Source: an uncultured delta proteobacterium
GTDB lineage: Bacteria; Myxococcota_A; Polyangia; Fen-1088
Direction: 5' to 3'
NCBI GenBank assembly: GCA_963796685.1
Contig: CAWCMR010000011.1
Coordinates: forward strand, 1-64,000
DNA length: 64,000 nucleotides
Position 1 is the stretch's first letter, and every line of letters begins with the position of its first letter. Positions 28,551 through 38,775 of the stretch are shown one piece after another. Under the pieces are notes generated by a model that was not told the origin of the DNA, did not search any database, and saw only the letters and a list, made by a program, of their open reading frames with translations. A program made the position numbers and the translations under genes.

Positions 28551-29645
28551 ATGAAGGTCGGCGGCAAACACTATCGGACCATCTACCCGGTCGAGGACGG
28601 CCAGGTCGTCGAGGTCATCGATCAGACCCGGCTGCCGCACGAATTCGCGCTGGTGCGCCTGCACACCTTGGACGATGCCGTGCACGCCATCGCCGACATG
28701 ATCGTGCGCGGCGCGCCCCTCATCGGCGCCGCCGGCGCCTTCGGCATGGCCCTGGCCTTGCGCGCGGACGCTACCACGTCGGCCTTGGAGGCCGCGCGAA
28801 CGCGGCTCCTCGCCACGCGGCCCACGGCGGTGAACCTGCGCTGGGCCGTGAACGAGATCGTGGCGGCGGTGGCCCCGCTGCCGGTCGCCGAACGCGCCTC
28901 CGCCGCGTTTCAGGCCGCTGCCGAGATCTGCGACGAAGACGTCGCTGCCTGCGCCTCCATCGGCGAATATGGCAAGCACATCCTGGCCGAGCTCGCGCAG
29001 AAGCAGCCAGGGAAGCACATCAACGTGCTCACCCACTGCAACGCCGGCTGGCTGGCCACCGTGGACTACGGAACCGCGCTGGCGCCCATCTACAAGGCTC
29101 ACGACATCGGCATTCCCTTGCACGTGTGGGTCGACGAGACCCGTCCGCGCAACCAGGGCGCCTCGCTGACCGCGTGGGAGCTCGGCCAGCACGGCGTTCC
29201 CCACACCGTCATCGCGGACAACGCCGGAGGGCACCTCATGCAGCATGGCCGCGTCGATGTCTGCATCGTCGGCTCGGATCGCACCACCGCCACCGGCGAC
29301 GTGTGCAACAAGATCGGCACCTACCTGAAGGCGCTCGCGGCGCACGACTGTGGCGTGCCCTTTTACGCCGCCTTGACCGGGCCGACCATCGACTGGGAGA
29401 TGACCGATGGCGTGGCCCAAATCGCCATCGAGGAGCGCGGCGCCGACGAGGTCCGCTGGGTGCGCGGACGCACCGCCCAGGGCGAGCTCGCGTCGGTGAA
29501 CGTCCTGCCCGCGGGCAGCGCCGCGGCCAACCCGGGCTTCGACGTCACGCCTGCGCGCCTGGTCACGGGCATCATCACCGAGCGCGGCGTCTGTTCGGCG
29601 ACCGCCGAAGGGTTGCGGCACCTCTATCCCGAGCTGGACACCTGA
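28551..29645 (+). CDS. mtnA: Methylthioribose-1-phosphate isomerase
   Basis: DQTRLP, VRGAPLIG, RPTAVNL, THCNAGWLA, ETRPRNQGA, NKIGTY, FDVTP. Confidence 0.96.
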   Translation: MKVGGKHYRTIYPVEDGQVVEVIDQTRLPHEFALVRLHTLDDAVHAIADMIVRGAPLIGAAGAFGMALALRADATTSALEAARTRLLATRPTAVNLRWAVNEIVAAVAPLPVAERASAAFQAAAEICDEDVAACASIGEYGKHILAELAQKQPGKHINVLTHCNAGWLATVDYGTALAPIYKAHDIGIPLHVWVDETRPRNQGASLTAWELGQHGVPHTVIADNAGGHLMQHGRVDVCIVGSDRTTATGDVCNKIGTYLKALAAHDCGVPFYAALTGPTIDWEMTDGVAQIAIEERGADEVRWVRGRTAQGELASVNVLPAGSAAANPGFDVTPARLVTGIITERGVCSATAEGLRHLYPELDT

Positions 29646-29673
29646 GAACATGACCCATTAGAGTGCCCGGACC

Positions 29674-30990
29674 ATGGCCCGGATAGTCCCGTTTCGTGCG
29701 CTTCGTTTCGATCCCTCGCGTCTGCCCGAGACCGCGAAGGTGATCGCGCCGCCTTATGACGTCATTTCGCCCGACGAGCGGGCCGTGCTCGAAGCGCGGC
29801 ACGCGCGCAACATCGTGCACCTCGATCTGCCGCGCGGCGAGGGCGACGCGAAGTACGAGCACGCGCGCGAGCTGCTCGACACCTGGATGGCCGAGGGCAG
29901 CCTGCGCGAAGATCCCCAGCCCGCGCTCTATCGCTACGAGCAGGTCTTCTCTTTCGATTCGGGCAGCGGGCCGCGCACGTATACGCGCAAGGGCTTCTTC
30001 GCGCTCATCGAGCTTTCGCCGTTTTCGGCGCGCGTGGTGCTGCCGCACGAGCATACGCTGTCGGGACCCAAGGTCGATCGCTTCAAGCTCATCAAGACCA
30101 CCGAGGCGCACTTTTCGCAGATCTTCACCCTCTATCGCGATTCCCAGGGCCTGGCCGAGGCGGCGCTGGAGGGCGCCACGACGGGCGCTCCCGACGTGGA
30201 TGCCACCACGCCCGACGGCTGCCGGCACCGACTGTGGGTAGTGACCGATGCGGACACCATCGCCACGGTCGCGCGGGCGCTGGCGCCCAAACAGGTCATG
30301 ATCGCGGACGGCCACCATCGCTACGAAACCATGGTTGCCATCCGCGATGCCCTTCGACCCGCGGGCGCCGCGCCGGGAACGTCGCAGGCCGATTTCGGCC
30401 CCATGTTCTTCGCGCGGGCGGAAGATCCCGGACTGCTGGTGTTGCCCACGCACCGGATGGTGCACGGCCTGTCGGACAAGGCGCTCGACGGTTTGGCGGA
30501 ACGATGCCAGCCCTGGTTCGTGGTCGACCAGGGCGACGAGCACGACGCCGGTACCATCGCCGAGCGCCTACGCCGGGAAGGAGAGGCCGCCGTGACCTTC
30601 GCCGTGCGGCGGCCGAAACAAGAGCGCACGACCTGGCTGCGCCTGCGCAAGGACGCCGATCTCGCGCGCTTGGGGCCGCCCACGCTCGGCCGCCTCGACG
30701 TCAGCGTCCTGCACGGGCTCATCCTCGACCCGATTCTGGGCATTGGCGCCGAGGCCATGGCCAAGCAGCAGAACCTGACCTACAGCCACGATCTGCGCGA
30801 AACCTTGGCGCGCGTGGCGAGCGGCACGGTGCAAGCCGCCTTCGTGATGAACGCGACCAAGATCGAGCAGGTGCTCGACGCCTGCGAGGCTGGTTTCGTC
30901 CTGCCGCAGAAGTCGACCTACTTCCAGCCCAAGTTGGCCACGGGTTTGGTCATGCAGAAGATCCGGGCCGACGAACCGCCGGCCGCGTAG
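29674..30990 (+). CDS. DUF1015 family protein
   Basis: PPYDVI, PHEHT, IADGHHRYET, PQKSTYFQPKL. Confidence 0.92.
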   Translation: MARIVPFRALRFDPSRLPETAKVIAPPYDVISPDERAVLEARHARNIVHLDLPRGEGDAKYEHARELLDTWMAEGSLREDPQPALYRYEQVFSFDSGSGPRTYTRKGFFALIELSPFSARVVLPHEHTLSGPKVDRFKLIKTTEAHFSQIFTLYRDSQGLAEAALEGATTGAPDVDATTPDGCRHRLWVVTDADTIATVARALAPKQVMIADGHHRYETMVAIRDALRPAGAAPGTSQADFGPMFFARAEDPGLLVLPTHRMVHGLSDKALDGLAERCQPWFVVDQGDEHDAGTIAERLRREGEAAVTFAVRRPKQERTTWLRLRKDADLARLGPPTLGRLDVSVLHGLILDPILGIGAEAMAKQQNLTYSHDLRETLARVASGTVQAAFVMNATKIEQVLDACEAGFVLPQKSTYFQPKLATGLVMQKIRADEPPAA

Positions 30991-31005
30991 TCGTCCGGAG
31001 ACCGC

Positions 31006-31731
31006 GTGCCAGACGAAGCCGACATCACGCGCGACACGCTTTTGCGCGGGCGGGTGAAGTTGCTGCAACCGCGGCACGGTTTCCGCAGCAGTCTCGACCC
31101 CGTGCTGTTGGCGGGTTTCATCGTCCCGCCCTTTGGCGAATTTCTGGACCTCGGCTGCGCCAGCGGCGCGCTCTCGTTCTTGCTGCTGGCCCGGGATGCA
31201 AACGCTCGCGGCGTCGGCGTGGAGATTCAGCCTCGTCTGGCCGCTCTGGCCGGGCAGGGGTGCGAGGCGAATGGGTTCGGGGACCGCTTCCAGGTCGTCG
31301 CCGGCGATGTGCGCACCGAGGGCGCGGTGGCCGCGCGGTCGTTCGATTTGGTGGCCACCAATCCCCCCTTCAGGCCCGTGGGGGTGGGGGTGCTACCGCC
31401 GCTCTCGGAAAAGGCGCTGGCCAACCACGAAGTGACGCTGGCGCTCTGCGAGTGGCTGGATGCCGCCCTGGCGGCGCTGCGGCCAAGCGGGCGGTTGGCC
31501 ACCATCTTTCCCTTCGATCGCCGGGACGAGCTGGGCGCCGGCTTGGCGGAGCGTGGCCTCTCCATCACGCACTCGCGCGCGGTGGTTTCCCGCGCCGGCG
31601 ACGTGCCGAATCGCATCCTGGTCGAGGCCACGCGCTCGACGGACAAAGGGCGGTCCGAGCCGCCGCTCGTGGTCCACGACGGCCAGGGCTATTCCGTGGA
31701 GGTGCGACGCATGCTCGGCGAGGAAACGTGA
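31006..31731 (+). CDS. SAM-dependent methyltransferase (tRNA1(Val) m6A37 TrmN6-like)
   Basis: QPRHGFRSSLDPVLLA, LDLGCASG, NPPF. Confidence 0.85.
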   Translation: MPDEADITRDTLLRGRVKLLQPRHGFRSSLDPVLLAGFIVPPFGEFLDLGCASGALSFLLLARDANARGVGVEIQPRLAALAGQGCEANGFGDRFQVVAGDVRTEGAVAARSFDLVATNPPFRPVGVGVLPPLSEKALANHEVTLALCEWLDAALAALRPSGRLATIFPFDRRDELGAGLAERGLSITHSRAVVSRAGDVPNRILVEATRSTDKGRSEPPLVVHDGQGYSVEVRRMLGEET

Positions 31732-32195
31732 AAAGCAGGCTGAAATACGGGTTCGCCTACACCCTGGCCATCTGGTTCGGTTGCGGACGCTTTCCCTTGA
31801 TGCCGGGCACCGCCGGCACCCTCGGCGCCGTTCCGTTCTACCTTCTGCTGGCGCGAGGTGGCCCGCTCGCCGTTGCCGCGGGCGCTGCGATGGCGACCCT
31901 TGTCGGGGTGTGGGCCGCGACGCAAGTGGTGCGCAAGACCGGGCTCAAGGATCCGCAGATCGTGTGCATCGACGAGGTCGCTGGTGTGCTCATCACCCTG
32001 GTGGCGGCGCCCAACACCTGGAAAGGCATCCTGGCCAGCGTGGTTCTGTTCCGCATCTTCGATCAGTGGAAGCCGTGGCCGGCGCGCCAGGCGGAAGGCT
32101 GGCGCGAAGGCTGGGGCGTGGTGATGGACGATGTGTTCGCCGGTTTGTGGGGCGTGCCCTTTGTCCTGCTCGGGCGTGCCCTGCACTGGCTGTAG
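31728..32195 (+). CDS. pgpA: Phosphatidylglycerophosphatase A
   Basis: PGTAGT, DPQIVCIDEVAG, FRIFDQWKPWP, GVVMDDVFAG. Confidence 0.94.
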   Translation: MKSRLKYGFAYTLAIWFGCGRFPLMPGTAGTLGAVPFYLLLARGGPLAVAAGAAMATLVGVWAATQVVRKTGLKDPQIVCIDEVAGVLITLVAAPNTWKGILASVVLFRIFDQWKPWPARQAEGWREGWGVVMDDVFAGLWGVPFVLLGRALHWL

Positions 32196-32231
32196 CGTAA
32201 AGGGACAGGGGACGCGACCCGGTCGATGCGT

Positions 32232-34352
32232 TCATGCGTCGGCGGTCTTGGGCACGGGGGGACGCCTCCGGGCGGAACGAATCTCCCTGACCAGCCATAC
32301 GAGGGCGGCAAGCCACGACAGCATGGTCAGAACCAAGCCAATCCAGAATACCGGGGGCGAGTACCGGGTTGAAACGGCGTGTTTGCCGGCCTCGACCGTC
32401 AGCGCACGCAACCCACCAGCCACCTCGCTCATGGGGATCGTACCGGAGGCATCGATGCGAGCCCGCCAACCAGGAGAGTACATCTCATTGAACACGAGGG
32501 TCATCCTCTGGGGCAGGTTCACCGCGTAGTCGACTCGATCCGGCAAGTAGCGCAGGATTTGGAAGTCGACCGCAACCGCCTCCTTCTCGAAAGCTTCCCC
32601 GCTCGTGGGGGGAGAGTCCCCCACGAAACCCACCACGCGCTTTCCGTCGACGAGAAAATGCCGGAAGCCTTCGGCCAGTACGGTATCGAATCGCTTGAGA
32701 TGGAAGTTCGTGTAGGAAGCGAGATAGAAAGTCTTGTTCAGGAACGCATCGCTCGAAGAAACGTCTTCGAGCGAGTGGGCGTCGACGCGAGGACGCATGG
32801 CGCTGGCGGGATCGAAGCCGGGGACATGAATATCCCTGAAATCGAGACCTCGCCTGACCGACGGATCGTCCTTCGGCCGGGCGAAGAGGTGGGCGTCGGT
32901 GCCGGCGTGCATGCCCGAGTCGAGCGCGGCCAACACGATCAAACAGACTGCGACTCCGGCCGAGCTACCTCCGCGCGCAAGGCAAACGAGCGCAATCGCC
33001 AGGACCAGCAACTCGATGAAGACGACTTGGGTGAAGCCTTGGGCCAACGCATCCGCGCTTGCGCCTGGATAGATCACGTCCTTCAACCAAAAGAGGCCCA
33101 GGAAAAGAAGAACCACCAGTCCGCCCAGCACGCGAAACAGCCGTTGCCTGGCGTTCGCATCGTCCCATACACTCGCCAATCCGGCGCCAGCCAGGAGACT
33201 TCCCGCAAGCACCGCCATGGCACGACTGTCAGCGGACGGAAAGCGCGAGAAATTCAGGAAGGACAGGTAATCGTGTGCGGCAACGCGCGCGAAGAAGTGA
33301 CTGCCTAGACTCATGAGAAGAGCGAGGACGAATCCAACGGCGAGGACCGCCGTACGCCGGTCGCGGCGAGAGAGCACCGCGACCAGTGCAAGAGCGAATG
33401 CAAGGATGCCGAAGTACAGGCCACGCATGGAAATGTCCGCGGTCGCACCCACGGGAGCCAGCGGCACATACGCACCGAATACGAGATGCCAGAAGTCGGT
33501 CGGAGAGAGGCTCTGTACCAGGGAGGCATCGGTGGTCAGCGGCTCTCCTCGCGTGAATGTGGCCATATTCGTGGCAATGGGAAGCCAGAACCCCGCGGAG
33601 ATGCCCAGGGAGAGGCCGATGGAAAGCAGGAGCCCGCCGACGAATCTCTTTCGACTCGCCTTGTCCGCGCATTCACAGACGAACAGCCAGATTGTCCAAC
33701 AACCGAACCACAGTGGGCTGAGAATCACCACTCCCGGGTAGCCGCAGACGACCAAGAGCGCCAGCGCGCAGGCAAGCAAGGGCCGGGCCCAGCGCTTTCC
33801 CTGCGCGAGCAACCGAATGCCGAGGAGCACCCACGGGATGATGGAGAAGGCGCTGATGATATCCGGATGCTCGGCATTGCACAGACGGGCACTGGTGAAG
33901 TTGAACGCGATGGCGGCAACGAGAGCCGAGGAACGGCGTGACCAGAGGTTGTACGCGAGGGCATACACGCCCACGGAACCGAAAAGCAGGATGAACAGAA
34001 GTTGTCGCTGCGCGACGAGCAGGTCGTATCCGAAAACCAACGACACGAACCATGTCAGAGGCGACCACAGTTGAGACTGGGGCTGCATGAAAAAGGGCGC
34101 ACCGGCCTGCCCGTAGGGGAACCAGGTGGGAATGGCCCCGGCGCGAAGCGTATCGCTGATGAACACCAGGAAGCGTGAATAGGAGTCGATGAAGTCGTAG
34201 GGGATTATCCGGTTGGGAATGCCGTGACTGCCACGCAAACTGCGCTCCAGTACGGCGACGTGCCAGCCCAACAGGGCCGCGAGAAAGGGCCAATGCCCTG
34301 CCCAGGGCAGCCTCGCCATGGCTTTGCGAAATCCCTTGAAGACGGTGCTCAT
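32232..34352 (-). CDS. YfhO-like polytopic membrane glycosyltransferase (GT-C)
   Basis: PTWFPYGQAGAPF, many TMs, NEMYSPGWRARID...G.H...YSP C-terminal motif. Confidence 0.85.
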   Translation of the reverse strand: MSTVFKGFRKAMARLPWAGHWPFLAALLGWHVAVLERSLRGSHGIPNRIIPYDFIDSYSRFLVFISDTLRAGAIPTWFPYGQAGAPFFMQPQSQLWSPLTWFVSLVFGYDLLVAQRQLLFILLFGSVGVYALAYNLWSRRSSALVAAIAFNFTSARLCNAEHPDIISAFSIIPWVLLGIRLLAQGKRWARPLLACALALLVVCGYPGVVILSPLWFGCWTIWLFVCECADKASRKRFVGGLLLSIGLSLGISAGFWLPIATNMATFTRGEPLTTDASLVQSLSPTDFWHLVFGAYVPLAPVGATADISMRGLYFGILAFALALVAVLSRRDRRTAVLAVGFVLALLMSLGSHFFARVAAHDYLSFLNFSRFPSADSRAMAVLAGSLLAGAGLASVWDDANARQRLFRVLGGLVVLLFLGLFWLKDVIYPGASADALAQGFTQVVFIELLVLAIALVCLARGGSSAGVAVCLIVLAALDSGMHAGTDAHLFARPKDDPSVRRGLDFRDIHVPGFDPASAMRPRVDAHSLEDVSSSDAFLNKTFYLASYTNFHLKRFDTVLAEGFRHFLVDGKRVVGFVGDSPPTSGEAFEKEAVAVDFQILRYLPDRVDYAVNLPQRMTLVFNEMYSPGWRARIDASGTIPMSEVAGGLRALTVEAGKHAVSTRYSPPVFWIGLVLTMLSWLAALVWLVREIRSARRRPPVPKTADA

Positions 34353-34380
34353 CGGTATCTCCTCATGCGGACTCACCCGG

Positions 34381-35097
34381 TTACTTACTCGATCGCTGTG
34401 ATCGAATGAAGGTCCTCAGCTCCTTCAGCACCGCGACGAATGCCAGTGGGCCCACCGAGGACTTTCCCCGTGTGCGGTCGATGAGCGGAACCGGAATCTC
34501 CGCGTGACTGTAACCAGACTTCTGCAATCGGTAGAGCAGTTCCGCATCCACGAACCAACCCTTCGAGGTCAACTCGATGTCTTGGGCTATGCTCCGCTTC
34601 AAGATCTTGAATCCCGCATTGATATGCCGGACCTTCAAACCGAGGACGCTGGTTATCAACTTGTTGTAGACGAAAGACTGGAGCTTGCGTCGCAGCCCAC
34701 GGTTGTCCTGGGAGCGGTAGCTCGTGACGTAGTCGACGCCAGCGAGGAGCGGCAATGCGGCGAAGATCGCCTCGAGGGGAAAGAAGAGGTCGACGGTAAT
34801 GAGCCAAAGCAGGTCCTTGGTGGCGTGGCGGTATCCCAGCTTTACGGCCGCTCCGAAGCCATTCCGCGCACCTTCGTGGATGATCCTGATGTTCGGAAGC
34901 ATGGTGCACAGCTCGTCGCATCTCTCGTAGGTTCCATCCGTGCTACCGCTCTCCACCACGAGAATCTCGTGGTCGAAGTCGTGATGGACGAGGAATTCGC
35001 TGATGGCGCGAAGTCCGCCTTCCAGCGCCACCCGCTCGTTGTAGACCGGCACGATGACGGAAAGGGAGAAGGGTTGGCGTGCGGGATCCATGTTCAA
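34381..35097 (-). CDS. GT2 glycosyltransferase (polyprenol-phosphate glycosyltransferase-like)
   Basis: SVIVPVYNE, SGSTDGT, NGFGAAV, WFVDAELL, R..GKSS. Confidence 0.92.
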   Translation of the reverse strand: MNMDPARQPFSLSVIVPVYNERVALEGGLRAISEFLVHHDFDHEILVVESGSTDGTYERCDELCTMLPNIRIIHEGARNGFGAAVKLGYRHATKDLLWLITVDLFFPLEAIFAALPLLAGVDYVTSYRSQDNRGLRRKLQSFVYNKLITSVLGLKVRHINAGFKILKRSIAQDIELTSKGWFVDAELLYRLQKSGYSHAEIPVPLIDRTRGKSSVGPLAFVAVLKELRTFIRSQRSSK

Positions 35098-35100
35098 GTG

Positions 35101-36016
35101 CTAGCGAATCTGTCGGATGAAGGTAAGGAAACGCTGGTGGGGAATGGCGAAGTTGCCGGATACCCGCTGATCCTCGGGCACGTCTTGCGTCACCACGGCT
35201 CCCAAACTGATCGCGGCCCGATGGCCGATGGTCAGGGCGCTCGAGATCGTGGCGTTGGGACCGATCCAGACCTCGTCACCGATCACGACGCTGCCGGTGA
35301 TGGAGGCGTGGGCGCCCACCAAGCAGGCGCGGCCAATCCGGGTGCAGTGACCGACATAGACCAGGTTGTCGAGCTTGGTCTGGTCGCCGATCGTCGTGTC
35401 GCCGCGAAAGATATGCCTGTCCACGCATCCGTTCGACTTGATTTCGACTTCGCGGCCAATCTTGACGCCTCCCACGTGGGCTATCTTCACCAGCCGGCCG
35501 TCGAGGCGCTCGAACTGGAATCCGTCGTTGCCCAGCACTGTCCCTGGCCAGATGATCGAGTCGTCTCCCACCTGCACGTCTCTTCCGATGGAGACACCAT
35601 CGCCGATCACGACCCGGTCGCCAATGTGCACGTTGTCGTCGGCCAACGAAGCGGACGGCGAGATGCGACACCCCTCACCGATGCCAGTGTCCAGAGGACG
35701 GCGATAGAAATCGGTTCTTTCCGCCAAGAAATTGTGGAAGAGGAAGAAATCGACGCGCGGCCGGAGGGAGAAGGCCAAGCCGAGATCGGCACGCTGCAAG
35801 CTCGCTTGCGCGCCGAGCGTCTCGAAGGCGGCCCGGGTGGTCAGAATCGCCGTCACCTCGGCACGGGCCGCGCAGTCGGCCAGAAAAGCCGCGTTTCCCG
35901 CGTAGGTCAACGTTCGTGGACGGGGCCCTCTCAGGTCGAATCCACAGTTCTCGAAAATGCCCTCGCGTTCCACCTGCAAAGTGGGATCGAAAGACTTGAG
36001 GGTGGAGAAGCTCCAT
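35101..36016 (-). CDS. LpxD-like hexapeptide-repeat acyltransferase; probable +1 frameshift just after the ATG at 36016
   Basis: LGNDGFQF, HVGGVKIG, TKLDNLVYVGH, hexapeptide repeats. Confidence 0.82.
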
Positions 36017-36023
36017 GACCAGC

Positions 36024-37122
36024 CTACTCGGTGTATTGGTTGATGATCCCGAGAATGCGCTCCAGGGTCGACGGCGGAAGCTCGGGGTACATGGGCAGGG
36101 CGATCACTTGATCGCAGAGCTTCTCGACGACGGGAAGTGCGCCACGCCTCATCCCCAAGAAGGCATTGGCCTGCTGCAGATGGAGCGGCAGGAGGTAGTA
36201 GATATTGGTCTGCAATTGCTGCCCATCGCAGTGGGCGATGAAGCGTGCGCGATCACCAAGGAAGCGACACACGAAGACGTGTTGGTTGGAGACGACATTG
36301 GACGGGATTCTCTGCGGGACGAACAGCTCGGGCGAGAGCCCTCGCACGTACGCCTCGGCTATTTCGCGCCGGCGCCGGTTCATCGCCTCCAGGTGAGGCA
36401 GCTTGGCTCGCAGCACGGCGGCCTGGAGCTCGTCGAGCCTGCTGTTGCGCCCGTGCCGGACGATGTGGTGGTAGTCGGTCATTCCGTACATGCGGAGAAG
36501 CACGATCTGTTCCGCGATGTCGGAGCGGTTGCTCGCCACCAAACCGCCGTCACCATAGCCGCCCAGGTTCTTGCTGGGGTAGAAGCTGAACGCCGCACAA
36601 TCGCCCATCGCCCCGGCCTTGACTCCGTCGAGGGAGCTTCCCGTGGGCTTGGCACGCGTCCTCGATGATGGGGATCTCGCGCCCGATCGATTGCCGCAAC
36701 CTCGGGACGTCCACCACGTTACCGAAAATATGGACGGGAAGGATGGCCTTGGTGCGCGCGGTGATGGCGCCCCGCACCTGATCCAGATCCAGCAGGAAGG
36801 TGTCGCGGCACACGTCGACAAAGACGGGTTTGGCACCACTATCGACGATGGCCGAAACAGTCGGAATGGCAGTGAAGGGGGTGGTGATGACCTCGTCGCC
36901 GGGGCCCACTCCAAGGGCCTTCATGGCCAAGGTCAGCGCATCGGTACCGCTGGCCAGCCCGATCGCGCGTCGGACCCCCAGGTACTCGGCGAACTCGCTC
37001 TCGAAGGACTTGCCCTCCTCGGCAAGCACGTATCGTCCCGACTGCAAGACGCGTGCAATCGCGGTGTCTATCTCCTGCCGATGGGCCTCGTACTGGGCCA
37101 GCAGATCACAGCGCCAAATCAT
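36024..37122 (-). CDS. DegT/DnrJ/EryC1/StrS aminotransferase with +1 frameshift near 36642
   Basis: SGTDAL, GPGDEVI, PVHIFG, EDACQAHG | FSFYPSKNLGGYGDGG, NSRLDELQAA. Confidence 0.92.
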
Positions 37123-38077
37123 GTTGCTCTCGAAAGTACTCGATCGTGAGCCCGAGCGACCTGGAAAAGTCGGCCCTTGGGATCGGCCCGATGACCCGCC
37201 CAAGCGCCTCGTCGCTGAAGGCGGACTGCCCCAGATCGAGTGCCTTGATCTCCTGCGGTGGCTCTTCGCAACGAACCCCGCCGCGACCGGCGATCTTCAC
37301 CACGCGCTCCGCAAGCTCGCGGACCGCCATCTCGTGGCCGGCGACGTTGAAGGCCGCGAACCCCTTCAACCCCGCCTGCGACAACCGTTGCACGACCTCG
37401 CACAAATCTTCCACGAAGAGCAGCGAACGCCTGCCGTGGCTGCCGTAGACGACGATGGCCTTGCCTTGCAGTGCGTCGCGAATGAAGCCGCCGATGAGCC
37501 CGATGTCCTCGCCCGTGCGAGGCTGGTTCGGGCCGTAGCAATTGGGAAATCGCACGCTGATGACGTTCAGGTGCTTGAGCTTGGCGAACACGCGGAAGTG
37601 GTGGTCGGCCGCGGTCTTGTGGACGCCCTGGACGTCTTCGGGAACCATGGGGGTCTGTTCGTCGATAATCGATGTGTTGGGTTTCCCGTACTGGCCGCGC
37701 GAGCCCAGGTAGACGACGGGGGTAGGAAACCCCTCGGGGATCCGGGTCAAAAGGTGAAGGTGGGATTGGACATTGCAGGCACAGTCGAAGAGCGGATCCC
37801 GCAGCGCCAGTCGGTGCATGGTCCAGGCCATGCAGTCGATCACGAGACTGGTGTCGTTCAGCAGCGCGGGCAGATTCGAAAGTCGCTCGATGGCGGAAGC
37901 GAAGACGGTCGTGCGATCGGAGAGCCCCGCGAGATTTTCGCGGCGTCCCCCGGTCTGGGGGAAGAATCCGTCGACAATGGTGACCGCATAGCCTCGTCCG
38001 TCGAAAAAGCGGGCCAGGTTGCTGCCGACGAAACCGGCCCCGCCCAAAATCAAGACCCTTGGCACCACGGCAGTCAC
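37106..38077 (-). CDS. NAD-dependent epimerase/dehydratase
   Basis: GGAGFVGS, SRGQYG, GVHK, RFPNCYGP. Confidence 0.9.
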   Translation of the reverse strand: MTAVVPRVLILGGAGFVGSNLARFFDGRGYAVTIVDGFFPQTGGRRENLAGLSDRTTVFASAIERLSNLPALLNDTSLVIDCMAWTMHRLALRDPLFDCACNVQSHLHLLTRIPEGFPTPVVYLGSRGQYGKPNTSIIDEQTPMVPEDVQGVHKTAADHHFRVFAKLKHLNVISVRFPNCYGPNQPRTGEDIGLIGGFIRDALQGKAIVVYGSHGRRSLLFVEDLCEVVQRLSQAGLKGFAAFNVAGHEMAVRELAERVVKIAGRGGVRCEEPPQEIKALDLGQSAFSDEALGRVIGPIPRADFSRSLGLTIEYFREQHDLAL

Positions 38078-38775
38078 TCTTTGAAATGACGTTCGTAGGC
38101 GTCCCGTGCCTGCTGGTAGTCGTCGATTCGACCGATGTCGAGCCAGTACTCCTGCATCTCGTATTTCGCGATGGGGATGTGCCGGTCGAGCATGGCCTGG
38201 ATCAGCTTGTCCATGCCGAAGTACTCACCCTCGGGTATGAGCGAGAATATTTCCGGTTCCATGACGTACATCCCGGCCAACGCGTAGGTGACCATGTTCG
38301 GCTTTTCCTCGATTCGCGTCACCATGTCGCCGTCGAAGTGGATGTTCCCGAACGCATAGGGCGTAACGATCTTCTTCACCGCAACCGTGAGCAGGGTCCC
38401 CTTGGTACGCGCAAAGTCGAAGAACCTCGTGAAATCCATCAGGCTGAGGATGTCGCCATTCATGACCAGGAAGGTGTCCGTCAGCTCGGGTTGTAGCAGC
38501 TTGATCGGACCGGCCGTGCCGAGCGGCTGGGCCTCGTGGCTGATGGTCAGCCGAACTCCATAACGGGATCCATCACCGAAGAAGTTCTCGATGTAGTCCG
38601 ACATGTAATTCGTGGCCAGGAAGATCTCTTCGAACTGGTATTTCTTGAGATGCTCGATTTGGATCTCCAACACGGCCTTCTCCCCGATCGGGAGCAGCGG
38701 TTTCGGGATGACCTCGGTAAACGGCTTCAATCGAGAGCCCAGCCCACCGGCGAGTATGACGGCCTTCCTAGACAT
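38074..38775 (-). CDS. Sugar-phosphate nucleotidyltransferase
   Basis: ILAGGLGSRLKPFT..PKPLL, PLGTAG, MNGDIL, WLDIG. Confidence 0.92.
   Translation of the reverse strand: MSRKAVILAGGLGSRLKPFTEVIPKPLLPIGEKAVLEIQIEHLKKYQFEEIFLATNYMSDYIENFFGDGSRYGVRLTISHEAQPLGTAGPIKLLQPELTDTFLVMNGDILSLMDFTRFFDFARTKGTLLTVAVKKIVTPYAFGNIHFDGDMVTRIEEKPNMVTYALAGMYVMEPEIFSLIPEGEYFGMDKLIQAMLDRHIPIAKYEMQEYWLDIGRIDDYQQARDAYERHFKE

Noticed and set aside
34504-36018. Long antisense ORFs (also 28449-29651, 41834-43453, 51937-53685)
   Set aside because: Shadows of real opposite-strand genes caused by high GC3; no recognisable motifs.
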